Below the pieces are notes generated by a model. It had not been told where the DNA came from. It did no database searches and worked only from the letters and a program-made list of their open reading frames with translations. The position numbers were made by a program, and so were the translations under genes. A stretch of DNA of 64,000 nt from Eledone cirrhosa (lineage: Eukaryota): the NCBI GenBank assembly GCA_964016885.1, contig OZ024750.1:310001-374000 (forward strand), read 5' to 3'. The first letter of the stretch is position 1. Every line of letters starts with the position of its first letter. Shown here in pieces: positions 27,340 to 40,480 of this stretch.

Positions 27340-27530
27340 GTAAAAAAAAGTTCAAATATTTGGGCCAAAAGGCCCAAATATTATACTTTCCCCTTCCCGG
27401 GCATAGTCTAAGGGCTTATATCCTTTACACAACAAGAAATATTTAACAACAAATAATTTTAAGAGGCAAATAAAGCGACTTACTGTGAGCGAGCAAAATA
27501 CGTCCACTTAGACCAATAATAATAATAATA

Positions 27531-27772
27531 ATAGGCGCACTAGGTACTATCCCAAAAAGTTGCCAGGGATGGTTAAAGAAAATTGGCCCCGCCACGCTTT
27601 TTGGAACGCTTCAAAAGGCATGCTTGCTGGGAACAGCAAGAACCCTCCGATACGTCCTGAATATCTGAAGCTGCAGGTAGTGGCTTGATATTCATTTCAA
27701 CAAACTTTCCAGTTAACTAACATCAATGACTGAGACTCAAAGAACAATAATAATAATAATAATAATAATAAT
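27531..27772 (+). mobile_element. R4/Dong-like (RLE-encoding) LINE, 3' fragment with (AAT)n tail
   Basis: 27531-27668 reads IGALGTIPKSCQGWLKKIGPATLFGTLQKACLLGTARTLRYVLNI*, the typical R4/Dong C-terminus; (AAT)n on both sides. Confidence 0.85.
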
Positions 27773-28854
27773 TGCCTCCAAGGTTATTAAAACTCTTGAA
27801 AGTAGTTCAGCATGTGTACCTTAATGAGTGGATTCCATAAACACACTACAGCAACTGATGTCAAACTCTCCCCTACACAACCCACACAAAATACTATCTT
27901 CATAAGAAATCATTATTATTTGGGATTCTTTCTTAGTTTTTTTTTTAGTTTTTTTTTTAGGGTGGATGTTCTTTATAGAAATCTGAGGAAAGTGCATCCC
28001 TGCAAGGCGAAGAGAATACTTTGCTGATATCCTAAACCCAGTCACAACAGCATCTTTAGATGTACTGTACATGAGGTGTATCTGGGAGCAATGACTAATC
28101 TCTCAGGGGTTGAGGCACAAGAGCAATTAAAGAGCTCAAATGTGGTAAGGCCACTATGGAAGATGAAATTCGGCCTGAGATGTTAAAAAGCTTTAAATAG
28201 AGAATGTGTGCTGGGTGGCCTGGATCTCTGGAAAAGCACAAACAAAAGCTGCTCTTGTTTGAAGACAGTTGCTTCTGACAGAACTCGCTGGAAGGAGGGT
28301 TTGAGACATTTTTAAGGCAGTATTCTACAGCCAGATGCCTTTCTTGATAGCAGCCCTAACCCTGGTTCCTAACCTTACAACCATACCAGCACTTAACATA
28401 ACTTATTAAAATAAGTTGGTTATAATTTAGTAATGATTGGAATGTTGACATACTAATGATCATTGGTTGCTGTGTTAGGGAATGTTGTATGGTCATGAAC
28501 TGAAAGTCTATATGAAGGTTTTAACAGGCTAATGACAATAATGTGTAAATTTATAAATAATTGATGTACCATATATATGCAAATGTAAGCTGATACAGAT
28601 ATGAATATAAGCTGACCCCCACCACACACACACACACACACACATATACATACATACACACACACTATTTTATGACTAAGAAATGGGCGAAAATCCAAAC
28701 CTTATTTAAATAGAATTTGATGGTGAAAATCATCAAAATATTGACCCCAAATATAAGCCAACCCCCTTTCTACCATTGATTTTTTGGTCACATATTCCTT
28801 GGGTATATAGAGTAGTTCGATTCTTTGTGAAACAAACTGCTAAAGGTATTGAGT

Positions 28855-28889
28855 ATATTATATATATATAGACACACATGCTCATATTT

Positions 28890-28921
<32 letters not shown>

Positions 28922-29030
28922 TATATATATATATACACACACATATATATATATATATATACACACAGATATATATATATACACACACACACATATATAT
29001 ATACACACACACACATATATATATATATAT

Positions 29031-29077
<47 letters not shown>
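28855..29077. repeat. (TA)n/(CA)n compound microsatellite
   Basis: Seen directly. Confidence 0.95.
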
Positions 29078-29078
<1 letters not shown>

Positions 29079-29543
29079 TGTTAATATAATGTAATTCATT
29101 GGTGGATTCTGAATAAAACAGTTTATTTTATTAAATTTCATTAAACCATAAATAAAAAATAAAACCCAAAAGATTTCTAAAAGCCAGACACACCAAATTA
29201 GAACTAAACCAGTGAATAAAGTGGTTTCAAATTATGTCAGACAAGAAACAGGACTACTGAAAGCAAAAATAAACATAAAAGCCTAACATTGACTAAAATG
29301 GTTCAACAAACATGAAGTCTGTTTTGGGAACAAAACATTTGCACTGGCAATAAGAGCATAGCAGTGTGTTTCTCAGGAAATATAAACAGACTTGAAGGAT
29401 ATAATTAATTTCTAGGAAAGGAATGTGATGAAGGAAATTACCAAACATTCCTTCAACCTCTTCATTTATTCTTGATATAAGGCAACCAACTTCATTTAAA
29501 AAAAAAAAAATTTATGCTGGCTACGCTATACTGGTTTCTAATT

Positions 29544-29940
29544 TACAAGGATCAGCTGAAAAGTTCAGGGGCTAACTATGAAGGATTGATGATAGAACTG
29601 TGAAATTTTACATGCATTAATTTCAACTCTTCTTATAAATAATTGTGGAGACACATGGCCTAGTAGTAATGGTGTTGGACTTACAATCAGAATGTCATGG
29701 GTTTGATTCCTGGGTTGTGTGTTGTGTCTTGAGCAAAACACTTCATTTCACGTTGCTCCAGTATACTCAGCTGAAAATAAGTACCAGTAATAGATGGAGG
29801 TTTAACCCTGAGATAGACTGGCGTCCCATTTTGTACTCTCTGTCGCTTAATGCCACTGAAACTGGGATAAGCACTGGCCTGATGAGCCTTCAGAGTTGAG
29901 ACAGACTTTATTAATAACTGCATTGTTTCTTTCCAGGGAC
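29544..29940 (+). mobile_element. Mariner-like terminal fragment interrupted by an S3 SINE (29646-29907)
   Basis: gctgaaaagttca..ggct.actatgaag shared with the uninterrupted copy at ~50667-50770; SINE flanked by a 13-bp TSD. Confidence 0.75.
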
Positions 29941-30240
29941 TATGTTGAAAAATAAACCTCATTTGGCCATTCCATGAGAGTATCTTGGTTAGCCGACCCT
30001 CATAGTTACCAATTTGTGGGTGAGGGGAAAGTTAATTATATCGACCTCAATACTTTGCTGGTACTTTATTTCATCAACCCCCTGGAAGGATGAAAGACAA
30101 AGTTGAGCTTCATGGGATTTGAACTCAAAACAGAGTTGTAACAAATACAACAAAGCCTTTTGTCTGATGCTCTAATGAATCTGCCATTCCACCATCATTT
30201 GCTAACCTATAATAGTTATAAAACAATCATTTGACAGTAT

Positions 30241-30340
30241 AAACCCTAATCTACACATGTGGGCTAAGCTAAACCCTAATTTACACATGTGGGCTAAGCT
30301 AAACCCTAATTTACACATGTGGGCTAAGCTAAACCCTAAC
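30241..30340. repeat. 29-30 bp tandem repeat, 3+ copies (aaaccctaatttacacatgtgggctaagct)
   Basis: Seen directly. Confidence 0.9.
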
Positions 30341-31176
30341 CCATTTTGTTGTTTGAACAGATAATTAAAAGTGTATGAAAACATTTACAAACATAAATAA
30401 AGCTAAAAATTATTTATATTATTTATTGTATTTAGAGTTTTATATCTACCTGTCCCCACCCCAACTGTAATAGCCCAAGGGATTTTGTTTCTTTTTGTAC
30501 ATGTTTATTTCAAATCTCTATTCAACTCTACTATATACGGATATTGTGGAATTTTTGCAATATAAGCTAGTTACCATCAAGACATACTGGCTGTACATAC
30601 ATACTGTCTATCTCTATCTATCCAGCTTAGAGCGGGCGGGGGCGGGGGATCTGGAGGAATGGTTACAGGAAAGGATTGATTTAACGGTGAGTTTGAGCAG
30701 AATAAAGAGAAATAATTTCATAATAGTTCCATTAAAGACAAACCAAAGTAGGTCAATGGAATATAACATATAATTTCTTTAAAGTACTTAATTTATGTTG
30801 GCATTGACAACACATCAAAACTTATACAACAGCAGTAGTGACGACACTGACAACAACAGTGGTAATGACGACACTGACAACAACAACAGTGGTAATGACA
30901 CTGACAACAACAACAGTAGTAACGACAGATTGACAACAACAACAACAGTAAGAAGTAATGAGTTTAGTCAACATTTAAAGCAATATAATTTACTTTTCAC
31001 AACGAATAATATAATAGAGTGTATAATATACAGTAAATAGTCGTGAAGCCATATAGATGTTTGTATGTATCTACTATTATTTACGAAACAATATGTGGCA
31101 AAGGCACTAGCCTACTAAAACTTAATTTCAATAAAATCATGTTCTATGACCTAATTTCAATCATGATAATGCAATG

Positions 31177-31437
31177 TGGAGGCATGTGGCTTAGTGGTTA
31201 CAGTGTGGAACTTATAATCATAATGTCATGAGTTTGATTCCTCAACTGGGTAGTACATTGTGCTTTTGAGCAAAACATCTCATTTCATGTTGTTCCAGTA
31301 CACTCAGCTGAAGATTAGTACCAGTAGCAGCTGGGAGTTAACCCTGTGATAGACTGGTGTCCTGTCCAGTGGAGAGTTTTGTACTCTTAATCGCTTAATG
31401 CCAATGAAAACTAAGATAAGCCCCAAGCTTGAGACAG
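31177..31437 (+). mobile_element. SINE family S3 copy
   Basis: Homologous to 29646-29907 and 3340-3614. Confidence 0.8.
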
Positions 31438-31571
31438 AGTAATGTTTTTACTGTGATACTCAATATAAGCCCCCTCCCCACACACACACCTTCTGCCATC
31501 AATTTTTTGGTCACATATTCCTCGGCTTATATTCAAGTATATACAGTAAATCCCTCCAAATCCTTCATTAA

Positions 31572-31770
31572 CCCTTTAGCATTTAAACCGGCCATATCCG
31601 GCCAGAATTCTCTTTCTGTTCAAACCAGCCACAACTAGCCACTTATACTTATGTTAAGGTATTGTGCTCAAAATAGATAATATCAAAATCTCATAGATTA
31701 GACATTATGTGAAATAAAGGCTTTACTGTGAAAATATAATAATATATAGAATAATGTAAATGCTAAAGGG
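31572..31770. mobile_element. piggyBac-type MITE
   Basis: TTAA|ccctttagcattta ... taaatgctaaaggg|TTAA; the same TIR pair brackets ~51673-52085. Confidence 0.88.
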
Positions 31771-32036
31771 TTAATCAATTGAAATAGAGTGTATATCATT
31801 AGAAATATGGTAACGAAAGGGTTAAGATAGGGTTGTAACACCATCCCTAAAATACTGAATCCTAAAGGGAGGGGTATTTTGAATGTGGAGGTATACTAAG
31901 TCATGAAATACAGTAATAATAGTTGGGGCACTAGGTGTAGTAAAGGACATAGACAAAGGTCTGTTAGACATGACCCACATCTTACATAAGCCACTTTCAA
32001 TTCAAGAAGACATAGACCTGTAGTAACACCAGAAAC

Positions 32037-32224
32037 AATACAGACCTCACAACAAAATAGATATATTACAACAACATAGACCTCACAACAAAATAGATAT
32101 ATTACTGTAACAACATAGACCTCACAACAAAATAGATATATTACTGTAACAAAAACGTAGACCTCACAACAAAATAGATATATTACTGTAACAACAACAT
32201 AGACCTCACAACAAAATAGATATA
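32037..32224. repeat. ~36-42 bp tandem repeat x5 (agacctcacaacaaaatagatatatta...)
   Basis: Seen directly. Confidence 0.9.
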
Positions 32225-33777
32225 GTTCCCATAAGACAATACTGAACACAGTTGATAGTCTAGTAGAAAATCTCATGAAATTGTTGAAATGGGAGGAGGA
32301 GGAGGCATCTAGCCAATGACTACAGCATCAATAGCAACAACAATATTAATTCAATTCCTAACATCCTGTTATTATTTTGCAGGAAATGTCTGAAAATAGG
32401 TGTGTCAATTCAAATATTTATAGTTTTATCTTTACCAGTGGACAGACTGCAATATTAGACAAATGTACAGACAGTGAAAGCATGTGGCTTAGTGGTTAGA
32501 CAGTTGGATTCACAATCGTGAGGTTGTGAGTTCAATTCCCAGACACTTTATTTCACGTTGCTTCTTCTGCCAAGAGTTGCGACCGGTAGATAGTATCAGC
32601 AATGGAAAAACCAATGACAACATTGTTTCCTTGGTCCGATTTGACGAGGTCCATCCCACTCAGCAAGCGAATGTGTTCTGGGATCTTGTCAATTGATCAG
32701 AGAGCGACAGACAGGCTTTAATTTTTAACACAATACTATCATAGTGCTGTTTTATACGTTTCAAGAATGATTTGCTAATGTGGTTTCATGTGGTACAGGA
32801 CGTTAAAAGATAATATAGTAATTTTAAAGTTAGAAAAAAAAGATAAGAAAAACACGTATCAAACTGAAATATTGTTGGCCACAATAATCTTCAAATCTAT
32901 CTAATAATGGTTTAGATTTAATTCTGTGCGACAGTTGATATATTAGAGAAATCTACTACTGACATGTATAGATCAGAAACACTTGCTGGAATCATAGGGG
33001 TGCTGTAGTGACACATGGTGATATGGTGTTTCTAGGGTATTTTAAACTTGGTGGAGCCCATCTCTCCAGGTCTGAACACAACTGATTTCCTCTCGTGAAT
33101 GAGAGAGAGAGAGAATGATATAGAGAAAGTGAGAAAGAGTTATAGAAGAAGAATCAACTCCAGTGCTGAACTGATACTTTTTATACTAACAAACCCTTAA
33201 AAGGAGGAAAGGTATGGTATAAAGAACCAGAACAAATATGGCAAAGCATTCTGACTGATGTTCTAATTCAAAGCCTACTGACATATATACAAATGGATAT
33301 ATTAAATTGTCTTTTGTCTCTTTCATTGTTAGATCTGTCACACTTGACTCTTAGCTTTTAAATAAACTTCCAGCCTTTTAACATAAATGACATCAGATGG
33401 GGAGAGGTTGATGACTCTTCATAGCTGGTGAGTCAATGTACCATGTCAATACATCTGCCCTAAACACCATATTATAAAACACATGGCTGCTAATCTTTTA
33501 CTGTTGGCTGTTAACTGAAAACAGCTGTTATGTATTACATAGCATAACTATGATATGTGTACTATAAGAGGATGCTGACCCAGCACACAGAACATACAGA
33601 CATGCACACACATACACACACAACAGATCTGCCCGCACATACAGACATGCACACACACACACAAATACATACATACAAACACAAGCATACAAACACACAT
33701 ACATAGACAGACACAAGTTGTGAAGTTTGTGCCTATTTCAACAGTATTAGTTGTTTTATCAAAATAAAATAAATTCA

Positions 33778-36700
33778 ACCATTGAAAACATCAGACCATT
33801 GACAACAACAGACCATTGATAACAGCAGACTATTAACAACATGAGACCATTGGCAACATCAGACCATTAGCAAAATCAGACCATTGACAACATCAGACCA
33901 TTGACAACATCAGACCATTGACAACATCAGACCATTGACAATATCAAACCATTGGCAACATCAAACCATTGGCAACATCAGACCATTGACAACATCAGAC
34001 CATTGACAATATCAAACCATTGGCAACATCAAACCATTGGCAACATCAGACCATTGACAACAACAGACCATTGACAACATCAGACCATTGGCAACATCAG
34101 ACCATTAGCAACATCAGACCATTGACAATATCAGATCATTGACATCATCAGACCATTAACAACATCAGACCATTAGCAACATCCGACCATTGATAACAGC
34201 AGATTATTAACAACATCAGACCATTAGCAACATCAGACCATTAGCAACATCAGACCATTGATAACATCAGACTATTAACAACATCAGACCATTGACAACA
34301 TCAGACCATTAGCAACATCAGACCATTAGCAACATCAGACCATTAGCAACATCAGACCATTAGCAACATCAGACCATTAGCAACATCAGACCATTAGCAA
34401 CATCAGACCATTAGCAACATCAGACCATTGGCAACATCAGACCATTGGCAACATCAGACCATTGGCAATATCAAACCATTGGCAACATCAGACCATTGAC
34501 AACATCAGACCATTGGCATCATCAGACCATTGACAACATCAGACCATTGACAACATCAGACCATTAGCAACATCAGACCATTGGCATCATCAGACCATTG
34601 ACAACATCAGACCATTGACAACCTCAGACCACTGACAACATCAGACCATTAGCAACATCAGACCATTAGCAACATCAGACCATTAGCAACATCAGACCAT
34701 TAGCAACATCAGACCATTAGCAACATCAAACCATTGGCATCATCAAACCATTGACAACATCAGACCATTAGCAACATCAGACCATTAGCAACATCAGACC
34801 ATTAGCAACATCAGACCATTAGCAACATCAGACCATTGACAACATCAGACCATTAGCAACATCAGATCATTGGCAACATCAGACCATTGGCAACATCTGA
34901 CCATTGGCAACATCTGACCATTGGCAACATCTGACCATTGGCAACATTTAGACCATTGACAACATCAGACCATTAGCAACATCAGACCATTAGCAACATC
35001 AGACCATTGGCAACATCAGACCATTGACAATATCAAACCATTGGCAACATCAGACCATTGACAACATCAGACTATTAACAACATCAGACTATTAACAACA
35101 TCAGACCATTAGCAACATCAGACCATTGATAACAGCAGATTATTAACAACATCAGACCATTGATAACATCAGACTATTAACATCAGACCATTAGCAACAT
35201 CAGACTATTAACAACATCAGACCATTGACAACATCAGACTATTAACAACATCAGACCATTAACAACATCAGATCATTGGCAACATCAGACCATTGGCAAC
35301 ATCAGACCATTGGCAACATCAGAATATTGACAACATCAGACTATTAACAACATCAGACCATTGACAACATCAGACCATTGACAACATCAGACCATTAGCA
35401 ACATCAGACCATTGGCAACATCAGACCATTAGCAACATCAGATCATTGACAACATCAGATCATTGACATCATCAGATCATTGACATCATCAGACTATTAA
35501 CAACATCAGACCATTAGCAACATCAGACCATTAGCAACATCAGACCATTGGCAACATCAGACTATTAACAACATCAGACCATTAGCAACATCAGACCATT
35601 AGCAACATCAGACCATTGACAACATCAGACCATTGACAACATCAGACCATTGACAACATCAGACCATTGACAACATCAGACCATTGACAACATCAGACCA
35701 TTAGCATCATCAGACCATTGACAACATCAGACCATTGACAACATCAGACCATTGGCATCATCAGACCATTGACAACATCAGACCATTAGCAACATCAGAC
35801 CATTGGCATCATCAGACCATTGACAACATCAAACCATTAGCAACATCAGACCATTAACAACCTCAGACCACTGACAACGTCAGACCATTAGCAACATCAG
35901 ACCATTGGCATCATCAGACCATTGACAACATCAGACCATTGGCATCATCAGACCATTGACAACATCAGACCATTAGCAACATCAGACCATTGACAACGTC
36001 AGACCATTAGCAACATCAGACCATTGGCATCATCAGACGATTGACAACATCAGACCATTGGCATCATCAGACCATTGACAACATCAGACCATTGACAACA
36101 TCAGACCATTAGCAACATCAGACCATTGACAACATCAGACCATTAGCAACATCAGACCATTAGCAACATCAGACCATTGACAACATCAGACCATTAGCAA
36201 CATCAGACCATTGGCAACATCAGACCATTGGCAACATCAGACCATTGGCAACATCAGACCATTGGCAACATTTAGACCATTGGCAACATCAGACCATTGG
36301 CAACATCAGACCATTAGCAACATCAGACCATTAGCAACATCAGACCATTGGCAACATCAGACCATTGACAATATCAAACCATTGGCAACATCAGACCATT
36401 GACAACATCAGACTATTAACAACATCAGACCATTAGCAACATCAGACCATTAGCAACATCAGACCATTAGCAACATCAGACCATTGATAACAGCAGATTA
36501 TTAACAACATCAGACCATTGGCAACATCAGACTATTAACATCAGACCATTAGCAACATCAGACTACTAACAACATCAGACCATTGACAACATCAGACCAT
36601 TGACAACATCAGACCATTAGCAACATCAGACCATTAGCAACATCAGACCATTGGCAGCATCAGACCATTAGCAACATCAGACCATTAGCAACATCAGACC

Positions 36701-38481
36701 ATTAGCAACATCAGACCATTGGCAACATCAGACTATTGACAACATCAGACTATTGACAACATCAGACTATTAACAACATCAGACCATTAGCAACATCAGA
36801 CCATTAGCAACATCAGACCATTAGCAACATCAGACCATTGACAACATCAGACTATTGACAACATCAGCCTATTAACAACATCAGACCATTAGCAACATCA
36901 GACCATTAGCAACATCAGACCATTGACAACATCAGACTATTGACAACATCAGCCTATTAACAACATCAGACCATTAGCAACATCAGACCATTAGCAACAT
37001 CAGACCATTGACAACATCAGATCATTGACAACATCAGATCATTGACAACATCAGACCATTGACAATATCAGACCATTAGCAACATCAGACCATTAGCAAC
37101 ATCAGACCATTAGCAACATCAGACCATTGACAACATCAGACCATTGACAACATCAGACCATTAACAACAACAGACCATTGACAACATCAGACCATTGGCA
37201 ACATCAGACCACTGACAACATCAGACCATTAGCAACATCAGACCATTGACAACATCAGACCATTGGCATCATCAGACCATTGACAACATCAGACCATTGA
37301 CAACCTCAGACCACTGACAACATCAGACCATTAGCAACATCAGACCATTAGCAACATCAGACCATTAGCAACATCAGACCATTAGCAACATCAGACCATT
37401 AGCAACATCAGACCATTGGCATCATCAGACCATTGACAACATCAGACCATTAGCAACATCAGACCATTGGCAACATTTAGACCATTGACAACATCAGACC
37501 ATTAGCAACATCAGACCATTAGCAACATCAGACCATTGGCATCATCAGACCATTGACAACATCAGACCATTAGCAACATCAAACCATTGGCAACATTTAG
37601 ACCATTGACAACATCAGACCATTAGCAACATCAGACCATTGGCAACATCAGACCATTAGCAACATCAGACTATTGACAACATCAGACCATTGACAACATC
37701 AGACCATTAGCAACATCAGACCATTGACAACATCAGACCATTGACAACATCAGACCATTGACAACATCAGACCATTGACAACCTCAGACCACTGACAACA
37801 TCAGACCATTAGCAACATCAGACCATTAGCAACATCAGACCATTGGCAACATCAGACCATTAGCAACATCAGACTATTGACAACATCAGACCATTTGACA
37901 ACATCAGACCATTAGCAACATCAGACCATTGACAACATCAGACCATTGACAACATCAGACCATTGACAACATCAGACCATTGACAACCTCAGACCACTGA
38001 CAACATCAGACCATTAGCAACATCAGACCATTAGCAACATCAGACCATTAGCAACATCAGACCATTGGCATCATCAGACCATTGACAACATCAGACCATT
38101 AGCAACATCAGACCATTGACAACATCAGACCATTAGCAACACCAGACCATTGACAACATCAGACCATTAGCAACATCAGACCATTGGCAACATCAGACCA
38201 TTAGCAACATCAGACCATTGGCAACATCAGACTATTGGCAACATCAGACCATTGGCAACATCAGACCATTGGCAACATTTAGACCATTGACAACATCAGA
38301 CCATTAGCAACATCAGACCATTAGCAACATCAGACCATTAGCAACATCAGACCATTGGCAACATCAGACCATTGACAACATCAGACCATTAGCAACATCA
38401 GACTATTGACAACATCAGACCATTGACAACATCAGACCATTAGCAACATCAGACCATTGACAACATCAGACCATTGACAAC
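33778..38481. repeat. 17-bp satellite array, ~4.7 kb, ~275 copies (cagaccatt[gac/agc/ggc]aacat)
   Basis: 17-nt periodicity checked along the array; rare 14- and 18-nt variants. Confidence 0.98.
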
Positions 38482-39529
38482 TAATTTATTCCTGATATAA
38501 GCTTAATTTTACATAACTTACATTCCCAATATTAATTTTGATTTATTACAAAAGAGTGAGAATATGAACTGTAGTGAGCCTAATCTATATTTATTGGTGC
38601 TTGTTTTATCAACAAGAGATCAAGGATCAACCAGGAACAGCAAGATCTTCATTTAGATCCCTCAACACCTTAAGGGAAGACTGCATTCTCCACAAGAACA
38701 AGTTGAAACTCCCGAAAACCCTAGTGTGGTTGGTAGCATTGTATGTCTGAACACAGAAAACCACCAATGTTAACAAACTGATGGGCCACAAAACTAACAA
38801 GTCAGTCCTGGAAGAGATGGGAAAAAGAGGCATCTTCACTAGTGAAGTGAAAGTGAATGATTGCAAAGCAAACCTCTTAACCATTCAGCCATGTTGTATC
38901 AACTACAGTCTAGCAGTTAGACTTTGAATACATAAATCCCACTTTAATTGACATTTTAAATCAATGCGAAAAGATCTGGTAACTATCAATGACAGAAAGT
39001 AAACAGTAACATCCTGTTTCAACAAAGTCATTGAAGTATACAACATTTAAGTCCATATTTCCTTTTGATTGCTTTTCTACCTGTATTTATGGTTTAAAGG
39101 ACTTTGAAATAATGCTTTACTTGGAGCAGTGGAAGGAGGTGGTCTCACAAGCAACTAGATGTCTTAAACTGAAATTTATTTCGTATATATAGAGAAATTA
39201 TTTATCTATGTGCGCGTAACTGTGTGTATAAATACAAACAGGCATGTGCACATACATATGTATTTTTGTGTTTAGTCAAAGAAGATAAAATATTCTTCCT
39301 AAAGTTGTAGTTTAAAAAAAAGTTTTTTTCTTTTTTTCTATTGTTTAGTCAGAGAAGGAAGAGCAGTGCCTACCTTTTTAGAGCCTCCAAGAGTGGAAAA
39401 GTAGGCAGAGAGAATGATATCTTAAACTAGAAATGCTTGTAACATAGTAGACTCTACATGTGATAATAACATTGTCATCAACCTTTCATCACTTTTCATG
39501 TGGTTACAACAATTCTCAAGTATTCTTAC

Positions 39530-39679
39530 CTTTTTCAATATGTAGGGAGCATCAACATCTAGTTTACACTTTCTTTTCACTATATGAATGGCCCCGTTGT
39601 CTCTGGTTTCATCAGTTATGATGTCACTGCCAAGAAATACTGGTATCATTTTGCAAGTAGGGAACCTTTTCTCATAGGC
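39530..39679 (-). CDS. SEC14L1: SEC14-like 1 coding exon (PRELI/MSF1 N-part), 150 nt, phase 0-0
   Basis: Translates AYEKRFPTCKMIPVFLGSDIITDETRDNGAIHIVKRKCKLDVDAPYILKK, resembling vertebrate SEC14L1 AYERRFPTCP...CKLDVDAPRLLKK; acceptor ttctccacag, donor AAG|gtaag. Confidence 0.95.
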
Positions 39680-40160
39680 CTGTGGAGAAAAAGTTGCAGA
39701 ATATTAGTTCTAAAATCAAGAATTAGCCATGAAGAATTTTTATTTCAAACATCAATATCACATTAAATTGATTTATAAAGGAAATATTGCTCTTTTTATA
39801 CATTTTCTTATTAACTTATGATGCAAACAATTACAACATAAGATGTCAACAGAGCAATCAGCCTGCTAAAAACAACTGCAAAATCCCCCTTAAGGCACAT
39901 CCCAAATAAAAAAGGATATATTTGATAATGAAGTCCTTACATACAAAAATATAAGATGATCGTAGCTGGAGTATGTTTAATTGTAGGGTCTGTTTGATCA
40001 AGATTGACTTGGGACTAAGCAATAATATTACTACAGTAAAAACTCCATTATTCAAGAGAAAATAAGATAAAGATAGGTGTTCCAGGTCAGAGCGTAAAAC
40101 ATAACTAAATGCTACAAAACAATTCTTCCAACGACTCAGCCAATCTATTGTCTATAGTGT

Positions 40161-40480
40161 TAATAATTGTTTCTAGTTTTGGCACAAGGCCAGCAATTAT
40201 CTCAGTTTATTACTGGTACTTTATTTTATCGACCCCGTAAGGATAAAAGGCAAAGTTGACCCGGCGGGATTTGAACTCAGAATGGCAAGGGCCGTAACTC
40301 TATGCTAGAAAGCATGGTGTCTGACTCTACCGATACTGCCAATCCACCACTCTTATAGTGTTAATAATTGTTTCTACTTTTGGCACAAGGCCAGCAATTA
40401 TCCAGTGCATTACTAGTACTTTATTTTATCGACCCTGTAAGGATGAAAGGCAAAGTTAACCTTGGCGGGATTTGAACTCA
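40161..40480 (-). mobile_element. Tandem pair of S1 SINEs
   Basis: Full copy 40161-40351 and 5'-truncated copy 40362-40480; tatagtgttaataatt duplicated. Confidence 0.88.

Larger units (their letters stand above)
21603..27514 (-). mobile_element. Near full-length L1/Tx1-clade non-LTR retrotransposon inserted in (ATT)n
   Basis: 5'UTR, ORF1 with CCHC knuckle, ORF2 APE-RT-Zn, 3'UTR with AATAAA at 21614-21619 (-); (ATT)n on both sides. Confidence 0.93.

Noticed and set aside
25430-27343. Plus-strand ORFs (e.g. 315 aa at 25653) over the Tx1 element, and similar antisense ORFs over the RTEs
   Set aside because: Antisense shadows of LINE ORFs with low-complexity composition.
30241-30340. Telomere-like aaccctaa
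   Set aside because: Only one motif per 29-30 bp unit, not a (TTAGGG)n tract.
30630-30648. GC-box-like gggcgggggcggggg
   Set aside because: Isolated motif in the middle of an intron with no other promoter evidence.
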